Of a DNA stretch of 64,000 nt, positions 11,758 through 23,619 are shown piece after piece. The notes beneath the pieces were generated by a model that was given only the letters and a program-made list of their open reading frames with translations, was not told where the DNA came from and searched no databases. Within the stretch, counting starts at the first letter, position 1; each line of letters begins with the position of its first letter. This DNA is from Octopus sinensis (Eukaryota), in NCBI RefSeq assembly GCF_006345805.1, contig NC_042999.1, positions 118,172,001-118,236,000 of the forward strand, written 5' to 3'. A program made the position numbers and the translations under genes.

Positions 11758-12105
11758 ATCATCATCTTCATCGATTAACATCCGTTTTCCTAACATCAAC
11801 CACTCTGAGAATGTAGTGGGTGCTTTTTATGTATCACCAGCACAGGAACCAGTAAGGTGAGCCTAGCAATGATCACGTTCAGATGATGCTTTTTATGTGC
11901 CACTGGCACAGGAGCCAGTAAGGCAGTCCTGGCAACGATCACGTTTGGATGGTGCTTTCTACGTGCCACTGGCACCAGAGCCAATCAGGGGGTATTGGCT
12001 TCGGTCATGATTGGTTGGTGCTTTTTACATGCCACTAGCACCAGAGCCAGTAAGGAGGGCCTGGCAACAAACACATTCAGATGGTACTTTTTATGTGCCA
12101 CCAAA
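11755..12105 (-). mobile_element. RTE 3' UTR copy with expanded ~66-bp subrepeats
   Basis: (TGA)n-type tail at 11755, then four full and one partial ggtgctttttatgtgccac...cacgtt.ggat units. Confidence 0.75.
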
Positions 12106-12180
12106 GATCTTTATTATTATTATTATTATTATTATTATTTTACACTAATGTGACAGGCAACAAGTTCTTAAAGAACTGAA

Positions 12181-12566
12181 TCTCTTTTACTCTTTTACTT
12201 GTTTCAGTCATTTCACTGCGGTCATGCTGGAGCACTGCCTTTAGTCAAAGAAATCGACCCCAGGACTTATTCTTTGTAAGCCTAGTACTTATTCTATTGG
12301 TCTCTTTTGCTGAACTGCTAAGTGACGGGGATGCAAACAAACCAGCATCGGTTGTCAAGCAATGTTGGGGAACAAACACACACACACATATACATGCATA
12401 CATATATATACAATGGGCATCTTTCAGTTTCCGTCTACCAAATCCACTCACAATGCTTTGGTCGGCCCGAAGATATAGCAGTAGACACTTGCCCAAGGTG
12501 CCATGCAGTGGGACTGAACCCGGAGCCATGTGGTTGGTAAGCAAGCTACTTACCACACAGCCACTC
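12181..12566 (-). mobile_element. SINE family A, near full length
   Basis: tRNA-like head (reverse complement gagtggctgtgtggtaagtagcttgc...ccgggttcagtccc), internal (CA)/(TA) run, and tail tgactgaaacaagtaaaagag. Confidence 0.9.
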
Positions 12567-12937
12567 AATTGTGATTCACTCTCTAAGTGGAACCCTTTGT
12601 TTTGTGATTAATAATTTTGGGAAAGGAAATGAACATCACAGCATTGAAAAACCTCTACTTTCTTGGATGATCACAGCTTGGTGATGTTCAGTTCAATGAA
12701 CTATTGTCGATCTGAATGTGGCTAGTTCATTTTAGGATATTGCAGGTACTAGAAAGGGGTACTTATCATAGCTGGTCTAGATGAAAAGGCAACATTAAAT
12801 TCATTATTTTCTAATGGGCATTTTTCTTGCAATTTGGATGTCTTTGTTACTTAGTTTTTCTTCATAATACACCATTTAGCGCTAACATCATGTTGGTCCT
12901 GCTTTAAATATCTGAAGCATTATAATATATTAACACA

Positions 12938-12944
<7 letters not shown>

Positions 12945-12974
<30 letters not shown>

Positions 12975-13052
12975 TACTACTACTACTACTACTACAACTA
13001 CCACCACCACCACCACCACCGCCACCACTACTATTACTACTACTACTACTAC
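12945..13052. repeat. (CTA)n/(CCA)n trinucleotide array
   Basis: Directly visible. Confidence 0.95.
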
Positions 13053-14659
13053 TGTTGACTCATATTTCACTTATATGCTCATATCTTGCTAGAAGCAATG
13101 TGAAAATTCTACTTAGAACTATACAAAGCACTCCTTCCTTCTATCAAGAAATGAAGCATAACTTTGTCTACTGAATAATGCAGCCCTGAAGCCAATTAAC
13201 AAGTATGGATAATCTGTATCGAGACATACAGTCTTGTTATTCTCTTGATCACACTTATAGAAACAAATAGTGTATTAAGATAGCTAAACAATCTTGAATT
13301 TCTTTAAACACCTGTTCAGGCTTTTGTCTTAGAGGTACACTGACTTATTGGCTAGACTGATGAAAGTCTGTTGTTGCATGAAAAAGTAAAGATTTTTTTA
13401 TTTTTTTTTATTTTTAGCCAAAACATCCAGAAATATAAAAATGTTAATGAATGAGATGTAGAACAAGAAATATGTTTGGAGTATTTATGTTTCACTGCAT
13501 TTTGACTTTGTTCCAAGCAATTACAGGAGACTACATTTCCGCGTTGCTTGTCATTTATTTTCAGATCTATAATCTTATAACTGTATCTTAGCAAATGATC
13601 ATAATTTCCGATTTCATCATTTTATCGAATACTTTCCTTCCTGTGCTTTCCTACCTGATGCAAATTACATTATTTGCAATCCTAATTACATTCTCTTCCA
13701 GCATTTTACTTTCTCTACAAATTGACTATTAGCAACAGTTAGCAACTTTAGAATAACAGATATTTGATGTTTAAAGTCAACACTCAGTCAGCAGAAATAA
13801 AATAAAAATTTTAAAAAATAATAAAATTATGGAATAAATATGTTACAGCAAACCATATACTACTCAGAGCCAAAATTATAAAGCACGCTGAAAATAAGAA
13901 AAATAGGTAAAGAGAAAAATATTAGAATAATAGCTGGACATTTGACAAAAGTAGTTAAAACATATTTTAACTACTTTGCTGTGAATAAGCTTTCACAATG
14001 AAATGAAATATTTTTTTAAATGTCATTACTTTGTCATGTTATACTTTCTTATTTTTGACATAACTTATTATGTATTTTCTTGGGTGTCTTTAGCATTGGT
14101 GACAGAAGATGGATTTCTCAAGTGGAACACTAATATGATGAACTGCTTTGGCCATGTTTTTCATTATTTATTCTTTGGTAGGGTTACTTTTCTTTTATTG
14201 ATGACTTTGTTGTCACTTTACTGTTTCAGAGAATTTCTGCTAAGTTCAAAACAGAAATATTTCATGGCAAGGACTGCTTTTTTACAAAGTGAATTGTCTT
14301 CTGTAAGAATTTAGGGCTGACAAACTATTAAAATATAGACTTGTTTAATTGAAACAAAACCTCTGTTTTTTTCAGTTGATAAAAAGAATACTGCCAGTCT
14401 TCAGGTTCAAATGTTTGACAATCATACTATCAAGCAGATTTGTATAAAAACATTAATATGTGAACACAGAGGGAATCAGTATAAATGTTTCTCTTGAAAT
14501 CATAGCTAAATATATGTGTGCCTGCATAAGAGTATTAGTTATATGTTTTGAGATTAAAGTATACAATATTTACTAGTCTCACTTGTGATGTCGATACTAG
14601 ATTTTCTGAATAGAAACAGACAGGTTAAATAGATCATTGTCATAACATATATTGGAGAG

Positions 14660-14800
14660 AATTCTCTGAGATATTTTTTCTGTTTTTTTTTCTGCTCTGA
14701 GTTCAAATCCTGCTGAGATCAACTTGTCTTTTTATACTTTGAAGTTAAATAAAATACAAGCCCAGTCCTGATGCAATCCTCTCTCCTGCCAACCTTTACC
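14660..14800 (+). mobile_element. SINE family B, diverged
   Basis: ctctgagttcaaatcctgctgagatcaacttgtc B-box region. Confidence 0.45.
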
Positions 14801-15464
14801 TTCTGTATTTTCCACTTCGTCAAGAACAGAGTGAGGGTGCTGAGAAGATACCTATGTCTGCTCATAACTGCAGAGTTATCTAAAGTGATTAGAGGGAGAC
14901 TTAATCTCAATTTTGAACAGTAGCTGTAGCTTTTCTTTTGTTCAGTATGATTATTATTATTTTTTTTTTTTGAAACTGCACATATATAACTCCACATATA
15001 ATGTTGAAGTCATTAGTGGGCAATGGGTCATTATTGTAACAGAGGAAGGCTGTTGCTTTTAAGCAACTTTATATTCATAAAGATTAGGAGTTTAGTGAAA
15101 ACGGCATTTGTGTTTATTGAAATAATTTGCTTATGAATGAATGAAAGACAGATGCTTTATTCATTAGACCAATGTCTCTTGTTCTGAGTTCAAACTGCAT
15201 TAATATTGATATTAAATACCAATCTCCTGGATCTAAAAATTGATGCAATCCATCCTGTATGTATACTGATCTTGTGATTTAATAAATTAAAGCATTCAAA
15301 GGACTTATGCTGCACTCAAGATGGTATCAAGCTACACTACCTCTTCTTTCTTCAGAAAGAAGTGCTAGTGGTTTCAAATGACATGAGATAAAATCATATT
15401 TTCCATTGTTTTGTATTATGTCAAGTCAACTTCATTTTGTCGATAGCATTTACTGTCTTGTAGC

Positions 15465-15770
15465 CCTTTTCAAGCCTAGCCAGGCTCAAGGGCCCGGTTT
15501 CCCAGTTTCTGTGGCATATGTGTTCCTCCCAGCTGGACGGGATGCCAGTCCATCGCAGCATTACTCAAGAAACAGGAAGAGAGGGTGAGAGAAAGTTGTG
15601 GCAAAAGAGTATAACAGGGGTCACCACCATCCCCTGCCAGAGCCTTGTGGAGCTTTTAGGTGTTTTCACTCAATAAACACACACAACACCCATCTGGGAA
15701 TTGAAGCCATGATCCTCCGACCACGAGTCTGCTGCCCTAACCACTGGGCCATTGTGTCTCCAGCATTTAC
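15465..15770 (-). mobile_element. tRNA-derived SINE family C
   Basis: Minus-strand head ggagacacaatggcccagtggttagggcagcagactcgtggtcggaggatcatggcttcaattcccag is tRNA-like (A and B boxes). Confidence 0.65.
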
Positions 15771-16499
15771 TGTAATGTTCACATAAACATATTTCTTTTA
15801 TGTGATAACCAAAGTTTATATGCATAGTGCTTAGTGTTATTGGTATATTTCATATCTGATCTTATGTAATCTTTTCCCCTTTGACCTTTTCATATATATT
15901 ATTTCTTTGCTGATTTTCATGATCTATTCACTTATTATTTACTTAATGAGATAAAGAGTGATATTTAACTACATTTCCCACATACATTTACCAAATTAAA
16001 CATTTTAATAGTGTCAGAAATAAAATTTTTGTTTACTGATGTTTTAGAGAAATTTCTGTTATGTAAACAGATCAATCTGCATGTGAATATAAATATTTAA
16101 TATTCTCTTAAAATAATATTTAGGTTAATATTACAAATGAAAGCATGTGAGCCTAACAAGAGTAAAATAATCCTGATTTTTCACAATTTTAGTCTCATTC
16201 AAATTTGATTAAGCCAAAATGAATATTACTCCTTAGTCTTGTTTGTTCACAAGTTTATTGTATAATTTTTGAAGAGCCATTCTACCTTTTTACCTTTAAG
16301 TATTACATTGATAAATGCTTCATCATAGTATCTATAAATGTCTTCTATAAATGCCTCAGGAAAGAAGAAATTAATTTAAAACATAAAGGATGTAGAAAGT
16401 AAAGTATTCGACTACATGCATAAAGATTGATATTATCTGAATAAAGTATACATGTTATTAGGTTGGTTTATTAACATTAACTCTGTATGTAAAAGACAG

Positions 16500-16695
16500 C
16501 AAGGTAATAGAATTGTTACCATTCTTAACAAAATACTTAGCAGCATTTCTTCTAACTTTACATTCAGAGTTCAAATGCCACAAGGTTGACTTTGCTTTTC
16601 ATCTTTTTGGGATCGATAAAATAAGCACCAGTTGATGTAATCAACTTGGCCCTTCCCATGAAATTGCTAGCCTTGTACTAAAACCTAAAACCACT
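16500..16695 (+). mobile_element. SINE family B, diverged
   Basis: cagagttcaaatgccacaaggttgactttgcttttcatctttttgggatcgataaaataagcaccagtt. Confidence 0.6.
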
Positions 16696-17375
16696 ACTCA
16701 CTTAATTACATTTTTACTCCTTGTTTGCATATTTATCTACCACCATTGTACTCTAGCATGCTGCAAGTTTTAGGACTAGGGTTGATGTTAACCTAGATGA
16801 TAAGTTACAAATAACTTTTGTTTTGCATGGTGTCACTGAACTAAATTAAGAACTATGCATTCTAATTTATAACAATGAAAAACGATTTTCAGCAAGCTAA
16901 TGTTCAGAGATACCTCTACACTCCCATAATCAATTAAGAGATTTTGCAGACATATTTGGAATAGTTGTGGTAATTTGTATGGTATATATCATGCATTATT
17001 GTAATGCAAATGGTTGTTGTTTTCAAGAAATTGAATTTCAAAGCAAGTAATCGAAAAATGATAAACAAAAAGTCAATTAACATAAGTGGCTATTAAAACA
17101 AACAATCCTCAGAGTATTGAACTGACACAGTCTACAACGATATTCTATTTTCAAGAATACTTCAGGTGCTGCACTAAAATTACTTTCACCAATTTATTTT
17201 TGATTAAGAATTTAAACAAAAATCATCCACACATGTCTCTGCACACAATTATGTATGTACATATGACCACATGCAGACATACAAACATGCACATGTAAAT
17301 ATGTTTGTATTCATCTATATGTGTCTATATATATATACATATATATTTTTCTCTCTCTCTCAATATATATATGTA

Positions 17376-17416
<41 letters not shown>

Positions 17417-17623
17417 GTGAAATAGAAAGATGAATAATCTTGTAGTAGATTAATCAAAAGTTTAACCGATACCTTAGTAGCAAAAATCACAGCAGTAAAC
17501 AGCACGGTTGGAGGTACAACCATCTGGCGTTGCAACCGTGCGTTGGTGCGGATAATTGAAATTAAAACATTATTGGTGAATTGAAGAAATGGAGCTGAAC
17601 GCAGATTGAACAGAATCGTTTTA

Positions 17624-17713
17624 TTTCATTCTACACGTGTTTCGAAAGGCACAAATTACCAAAATCCGATTGAATAATGGGACCATATTGTGTCTTTCTC
17701 TTCAGGAAGAAAA
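17624..17713 (-). ncRNA. Type I hammerhead ribozyme (left inverted arm)
   Basis: Reverse complement of the motif at 19104-19192. Confidence 0.85.
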
Positions 17714-17990
17714 AAGGAAATCCGTTGGAAAAACAAAAACAGAACAGAGGCGGAGCAAAAAACAAATCGAACTGTGCTCCTAAGAGCCCATGGCGAAACT
17801 GTTTATCAGTGTATGTTGAGAACCGGTGGCTGAAGAATTCAACGGGTCAGGCATCGGTCAATCATGTGGGTGAGGGTGTATAGATGTTCTTTGTGACCGA
17901 GAATAAAGTTCTGACTATTTAAAGAATATTGGATGTTTTATAAGGGGCGAGAAAAAATCTAATTAGAGACGTGTGTGTGTGTATACTGTT

Positions 17991-18497
17991 AACGTTAATA
18001 GTGACGTAGTGGAAAATAGAGTAGTAAGCGGCTGCAGGTCTCGGAACGAATATAGTGACAGGAACGCAGTTCTAATTTCAGAAACCAATCCTAGCAGATT
18101 AAGATTCACGTCGGCGAACTCCAAGATCAAAAACGCCGTCTACCAATGCAAGGTTTACACGGACTCAGATGCCTTCACTTATGTAGGGGCATCATCCTCA
18201 AGATTGTCTTTGCGTGTCTCCAACCATTACGCAACTTTTCGGGACGTGAACAAGCGCCAGACCACGGGACTCAGTAAGCTAATATGGCGACTGAAGGATG
18301 CGAACTTAAGCTATAGGCTGGAATGGTCAATTTTGTCGGTGGCCCTCCCATTTGATAGGGGCAGAAGACAGTGCAACCTTTGTGTCTCCGAACTCTTCCA
18401 TATTTTGTTTGCCAGAGGCCGGATGGTAAACGGGCTCTTACAGTCGGCTTTTCGATGCCCCCATTGGCGGCGTTACACTTATCTGGCCTTTAAATAG
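17991..18497 (+). CDS. GIY-YIG endonuclease domain, PLE-like, 5'-truncated with no ATG start
   Basis: NAVYQC...FTYVGASS.RLSLRVSNH, LSKLIWRLKD, CNLCVSE, VN and CPH motifs retain the Tyr/Tyr-Gly/Arg/Glu/Asn pattern. The frame is open but the upstream GTG lies in the (GT)n of the inverted arm. Confidence 0.82.
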   Translation, partial: NVNSDVVENRVVSGCRSRNEYSDRNAVLISETNPSRLRFTSANSKIKNAVYQCKVYTDSDAFTYVGASSSRLSLRVSNHYATFRDVNKRQTTGLSKLIWRLKDANLSYRLEWSILSVALPFDRGRRQCNLCVSELFHILFARGRMVNGLLQSAFRCPHWRRYTYLAFK

Positions 18498-19103
18498 CGT
18501 TTATAAATAATACCGGCACCCATAGCCCTTGGTAACAAATTCTGAAATAGTCTTTAAGATATCTACGATTAACCACTGCAAGGGGAATTACTCCTGTAAG
18601 ACAAACGGGGCTTGTTTTTTTCACAGCGGGGGGTTTCCTTGACAAGGCAGGCTTAGATGAACACACACACACATAAAACATAATATATATATATAAATTT
18701 TTTTATTTTTTTCTTTCTGCCACCCAACGGTTATCACGGCAGTAGCCACTGACAGCCGAACGATCAAACGCACACACGTACACAAAAAATGTTTTCTACC
18801 CCTACGCCAACACACACATATATAGAACAGTATACACACACACACGTCTCTAATTAGATTTTTTCTCGCCCCTTATAAAACATCCAATATTCTTTAAATA
18901 GTCAGAACTTTATTCTCGGTCACAAAGAACATCTATACACCCTCACCCACATGATTGACCGATGCCTGACCCGTTGAATTCTTCAGCCACCGGTTCTCAA
19001 CATACACTGATAAACAGTTTCGCCATGGGCTCTTAGGAGCACAGTTCGATTTGTTTTTTGCTCCGCCTCTGTTCTGTTTTTGTTTTTCCAACGGATTTCC
19101 TTT

Positions 19104-19192
19104 TTTCTTCCTGAAGAGAAAGACACAATATGGTCCCATTATTCAATCGGATTTTGGTAATTTGTGCCTTTCGAAACACGTGTAGAATGAAA
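19104..19192 (+). ncRNA. Type I hammerhead ribozyme with canonical core and palindromic mini stem III
   Basis: tttcttc-CTGAAGA-gaaagacacaa...ttgtgcctttc-GAAA-c acgt g-TA-gaatgaaa. Stem II pairs at 10 of 11 positions. Predicted cleavage after A19184 (GUA). Confidence 0.88.
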
Positions 19193-19245
19193 TAAAACGA
19201 TTTCTGTTCAATCTGCGTTCAGCTCCATTTCTTCAATTCACCAAT

Positions 19246-19279
<34 letters not shown>

Positions 19280-19857
19280 GCATATACACACACACATATT
19301 TATGTATGCATGTATATGTGTGTATGTGTTTAACATACATATGCTTGTTGTCTTCACCTTTGACACCCATACAAAAGTGCATTTTTGGGATGTGCGAAAA
19401 CAATTTTCTTTTCAAGCATCTGTTTGTAAGTGATTGAAATTTAAAAATAAATTCTAACTCAAATTTAAAAAAATGAAGTTTGTGGAATTGATGTATATGC
19501 AATACTCAGTAGAATGTATTTATCATTTGGTGTCAAAATTGGCACATAAAATGATGCATTTAGAGAAAAATCTTTTCCAATTCGCTATTTCTTTAACTAA
19601 AAGGAGAAACAAAAGAAGTCAAACAGATATGTATTAAATGCTTATGTATATCTACACACATGTGCACCAACATACATGTATGAACGTATGCAAATTTATA
19701 TATATAGGGAAAAAATAAGCTCAAAAGAGAAAAAGAGAACAATTCAAACTTTTTGAGAAGTCCAAAAAGAGAGAAAGAATGATTTCTAATAAAGATTCAT
19801 CATATTCATAAAAAACAGCCAGAGCAATAAGATATAACGATATTTTTCAGCTGTTTG

Positions 19858-19904
<47 letters not shown>

Positions 19905-19943
19905 TGTGTGTCTGCATGTCTGTGTGTATGTATATATATATAT

Positions 19944-20850
19944 AATTTAGATTCAGTAGGGTATATGATACCACTTGCTAAAATCAGAGCCAATGCTCCA
20001 AAAACCACCATAAACTCACAATAAATATACACATGAGCAATGCAAAGAAAATGTGAGAAACAGGCTTACCATTGCATTGAATACATCAGTAATGTATATT
20101 TCAATATCCCTTGATTTCATGCTTTGCATGACAAACATACTCTGCGATCTTTAGTTGAAAATAACATTTTAACATCTATTTCTAAAATATTCATTACATT
20201 AGCTCGTGTACATTTCTTACTTTAAACATCCCACTCCGTTTAAAAGAAAACTATCACAAGCAAGAAAAAATGTAAATAAAGAAGTATTTTTGCAGTTATT
20301 AATAGTATTAATAAGGTAATTAATATGGTGGCTAGTAAGTTCACACTGTTAAAGACACAATATAAGGTAAATTTAGATTCAGTAGGGTATATAATACCAC
20401 TTGCTAAAATCAGAGCCAATGTTCAAAAATTCAACATAAACTCATGATAAAGACACACACGAGTAATGCAAGGAACATATGAGAAATAGGTTTAAAGTAA
20501 GGAACACACATGAGCTAATGTAGTGAATATTTTAGAAATAGATGTTAAAATATTATTTTCAACTGAAGATTGCAGAGTATGTTTGTCATGCAAAGTGTGA
20601 GATCAATTGATATTGAAATATACATTACTTACTGATGTATTCAACACAAAGGTAAGCCTATTTCTCATATGTTCATTGCATTACTTGTGGGTATCTTATC
20701 ATGAGTTTATGGTGGTTTTTGGAGCATTGGCTCTGATTTTAGCAAGTGGTATTATATACCCTACTGAATCTAAATTTACCTTATATTGTGTAGCCATCTT
20801 ATTACCTCATTAATACTATTTATAACAGCAATAATACTTCTTTATTTATA
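19944..20850. repeat. 426-bp unit arranged as tandem copy, partial copy and inverted copy
   Basis: aatttagattcagtagggtat at 19944 and 20370. 20490-20850 is an inverted, diverged copy. Confidence 0.85.
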
Positions 20851-20899
20851 TATGTATATCTATCTATCTATTTATTTATAAATATATATTATTATTATA

Positions 20900-21320
20900 A
20901 TTATTAGGGAATATTACTTCCGAGTACACAGGAAAAAGACATTCAAATTAGATGTACTAAAATGAACATCTCTCAATGTTTAATTCGTATATATAAAAGT
21001 AGTTTTAGAGACAGAACCACCTTCAACTCAACCAACACTGAAAGTTTATACCCGACCACTCCATAAAATGTTAAATATTAAATCTTATACTAACTATATC
21101 TATTCTGAATCCTGTATTTTCCGTTTATAAGACTACATATGTTTCATGAAAGTACGTCGGTATTGATATGATACGAGTTATCTAGTTTCAATAGTTAATC
21201 AGATTGACATACTCCCAATCTTCAGGTCTGGATTTCTCAACATTTTTTACTACCCCTACCTCTTATATACCTCCATGATACTCTACATCTTCAATATAAT
21301 CTTACTTAACATGTACAAAT
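20900..21320 (-). mobile_element. Orphan pseudo-LTR or retrozyme-like segment (boundaries uncertain)
   Basis: Contains a well-formed hammerhead. Its minus-strand 3' side ends at TA-rich microsatellite ~20890. Confidence 0.45.
21130..21229 (-). ncRNA. Type I hammerhead ribozyme
   Basis: Minus strand reads agac-CTGAAGA-t tgggagtatgtc...gacgtactttca t-GAAA-c atat g-TA-gtct. Stem II has 12 bp including G-U pairs. Confidence 0.78.
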
Positions 21321-22029
21321 GAATAGAAATACAAATAATAAATAAAAATAATAACTGAATATTAAAAATTTAAGGAGTAAAAATTTAAGGAATAAAAATT
21401 CAAAGAATTTAAAGAGAAAAAAGTACAAGTAAAAATAATGAATAAAAGTTACGAATAATGAATAAAGAATTGCAAATAAACAAATTCGAAATAAAAATGA
21501 AATAATAATGAAATACAAAATAGAGATGAAAATAAAGCGAATGTTAACTTATCTTTTCTTTCCTTGGCAAAAATTATACATAGCTACATCTTGCAAATAA
21601 GGTAAAATCCATATCAGATAATACCTATCTATAGGAGGTACTACAAATAAATGTCAGAAAGTTCTACTGGTGTATGTATCTATTCCTTTATATAGTACTG
21701 TCAGGGGAACTGGAAATGAATGCTTCACGGGAACAAGTCACTTTTATCGCTGTTTATTTTATTCAATCTATGTATTATTGCTAACAACCAATCTAGTAAG
21801 TTAGTTCTTTAGACCTTGCACTATATATATATATGTATATGTGTATGTGTGTACGTGTGAGTGTGTATGTGTGTATGTATGTATAAATATAATTATGTCT
21901 CTCTTTATATATTATGCATATAGATATTTTTATTATGTATATATTTTGATCAACTCTTTCTATTGTAAAACTATTAATAAATGGACCGCTATGAGAATAC
22001 GATCCATTTTATTACAAATTTTATTATAG

Positions 22030-22392
22030 ATGCAGGCATGGTAAGACAATTGCTTCCCAACCCACTGCATAGTGCTATGGGCAAGTGTATTCTTCTATAG
22101 CCCTGGGCTGAGTGGATTTGGTAGATGGAAACTGAAAGAAGCCTGTTGTACATATAGATATGTATGTGTGTGTGTTTATGTCTTTGTGTTTGTGTTAGTC
22201 CAACCCAACACTGTTTGACAACTGGTATTAGTTTGTTTGCACCTCTGTAACTTAGCAGTTCATCAAAAGAAATCGATAGGATAAGTACCAGGCTTTAAAA
22301 AATAAGTACTGGGGTTGATTCATTTGACTAAAAACCCTTCAAAGTGGCTGCAGTCTAATGACTGAAACAAGTGAAAGACAAGAGATAAAAAA
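22030..22392 (+). mobile_element. SINE family A, diverged
   Basis: gggcaagtgtattcttctatagcc...ggatttggtagatggaaactgaaagaagcc...tgactgaaacaagtgaaaga. Confidence 0.8.
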
Positions 22393-22405
22393 TATATGAT
22401 TGTGC

Positions 22406-22407
<2 letters not shown>

Positions 22408-22484
<77 letters not shown>
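22408..22484. repeat. (GT)n microsatellite
   Basis: Directly visible. Confidence 0.97.
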
Positions 22485-22488
<4 letters not shown>

Positions 22489-23619
22489 TGCATGGATGTA
22501 TGTGTTTGTGTATTTAAATGTTAGTTATGAAATAGGAGACATTTTGGAATGAAAAGCTGATACCAATGTTTGATGTTGTGAAAAAAGTTTTGCTAAATTT
22601 TTGAAGAGTGAATTATAATGATCAAATGTTACATGTAAAGAGCTTAGTTCTTTAAAATTGTGTTTTAATAGCAATAAATAATCCAAATTACTTAAAGAAA
22701 ACGTATGATTGTGTAGTTCCTCAATGGATTGCGGTTATTCAGTGACTGTAGGCCATCATCTCAATGGAAGCTTCAGTACAATCATGGTATCAAATCAGAT
22801 TTGATACGATGAACTAAGAAAAACCAAAGAGACCAGTGATTTTTGCCATGTCTGGTGAATGCATGCTTGAATGGAATACTCTGTGACATTTTTTTTTATC
22901 CATAAAGCAAGTTAATGCCTTCAAATACTTTTAGGTGCATGCATGATGATGCTGGTGTTCTAATCACTGATGTTAAATGAACAGCGTAATAGGAAAGCGA
23001 TAAAAATGGTTGGCAGTAAAAACAAAGCAAGTGATTGTTAGATTGCAATAAAGATATTGATTTAATAGTTAGCAAATGCAAAGGTTATATTTCAAAGAAA
23101 GTCAAATGATACAAAAATAATAATCTTTAATACGATATTGTAAAAGTTTAATATTAATATGAAGAATGTGATTAAATCACCAAATCATTTCTTGCATGCT
23201 TCCTTGTAATGATTGGGATGATGACTATTTGATGTTAGAGACATTTTTATCAATATGTTTACTGACTTATATGATACCAGTTTTTGTTGGTTTGATTAAT
23301 CATATTAGGTGTTTCTGTTTGAAATTAAGCTTATGGTCATTTAGTGAGAAATGTTTATGCCCACATTATATATGACTATTTATGTGTTAAATTTTTCGAA
23401 AGTTATTTCTCTCTTCATTTACCTCACACTTTAAGTGTATTTTTGGATTTTTGGATCACTTAATCTTTTCCACAAAGAAATATATTATTACCTCACTCCA
23501 TATGTATAACTATATGTATTCTATAGTTCTCTATACCACTAAGTTCTTGATCTTTGTATCTAATTTGAGACATCCCAACATTGGGATTGTATTATAGTGA
23601 GAGGGCAATACTAGGAATA

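Larger units (their letters stand above)
17416..19254 (+). mobile_element. PLE-type insertion: GIY-YIG fragment between ~428-bp inverted pseudo-LTRs, inside (TA)n
   Basis: 17563-17990 is the reverse complement of 18826-19254 (one 1-bp indel seen). Each arm holds a hammerhead. (TA)n flanks both sides (17330-17415 and 19254-19280). Confidence 0.85.

Noticed and set aside
13528-13570. Minus-strand agat-CTGAAAA...GAAA-tg-TA-gtct hammerhead-like string
   Set aside because: G8 is absent and no stem II can be formed. Compatible with chance in AT-rich DNA.
17677-17883. Identical 68-aa ORFs at 17677-17883 (+) and 18933-19139 (-)
   Set aside because: They are antisense readings of the inverted pseudo-LTR arms across the hammerhead, with no protein motif. 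Their identity just reflects the inverted repeat.
20562-20630. CTGAAGA...GAAA inside the inverted 426-bp unit
   Set aside because: Neither stem I nor stem II pairs.
21306-21540. 70-aa F/L/I-rich ORF suggesting a membrane protein
   Set aside because: Low-complexity A/T-rich tract.
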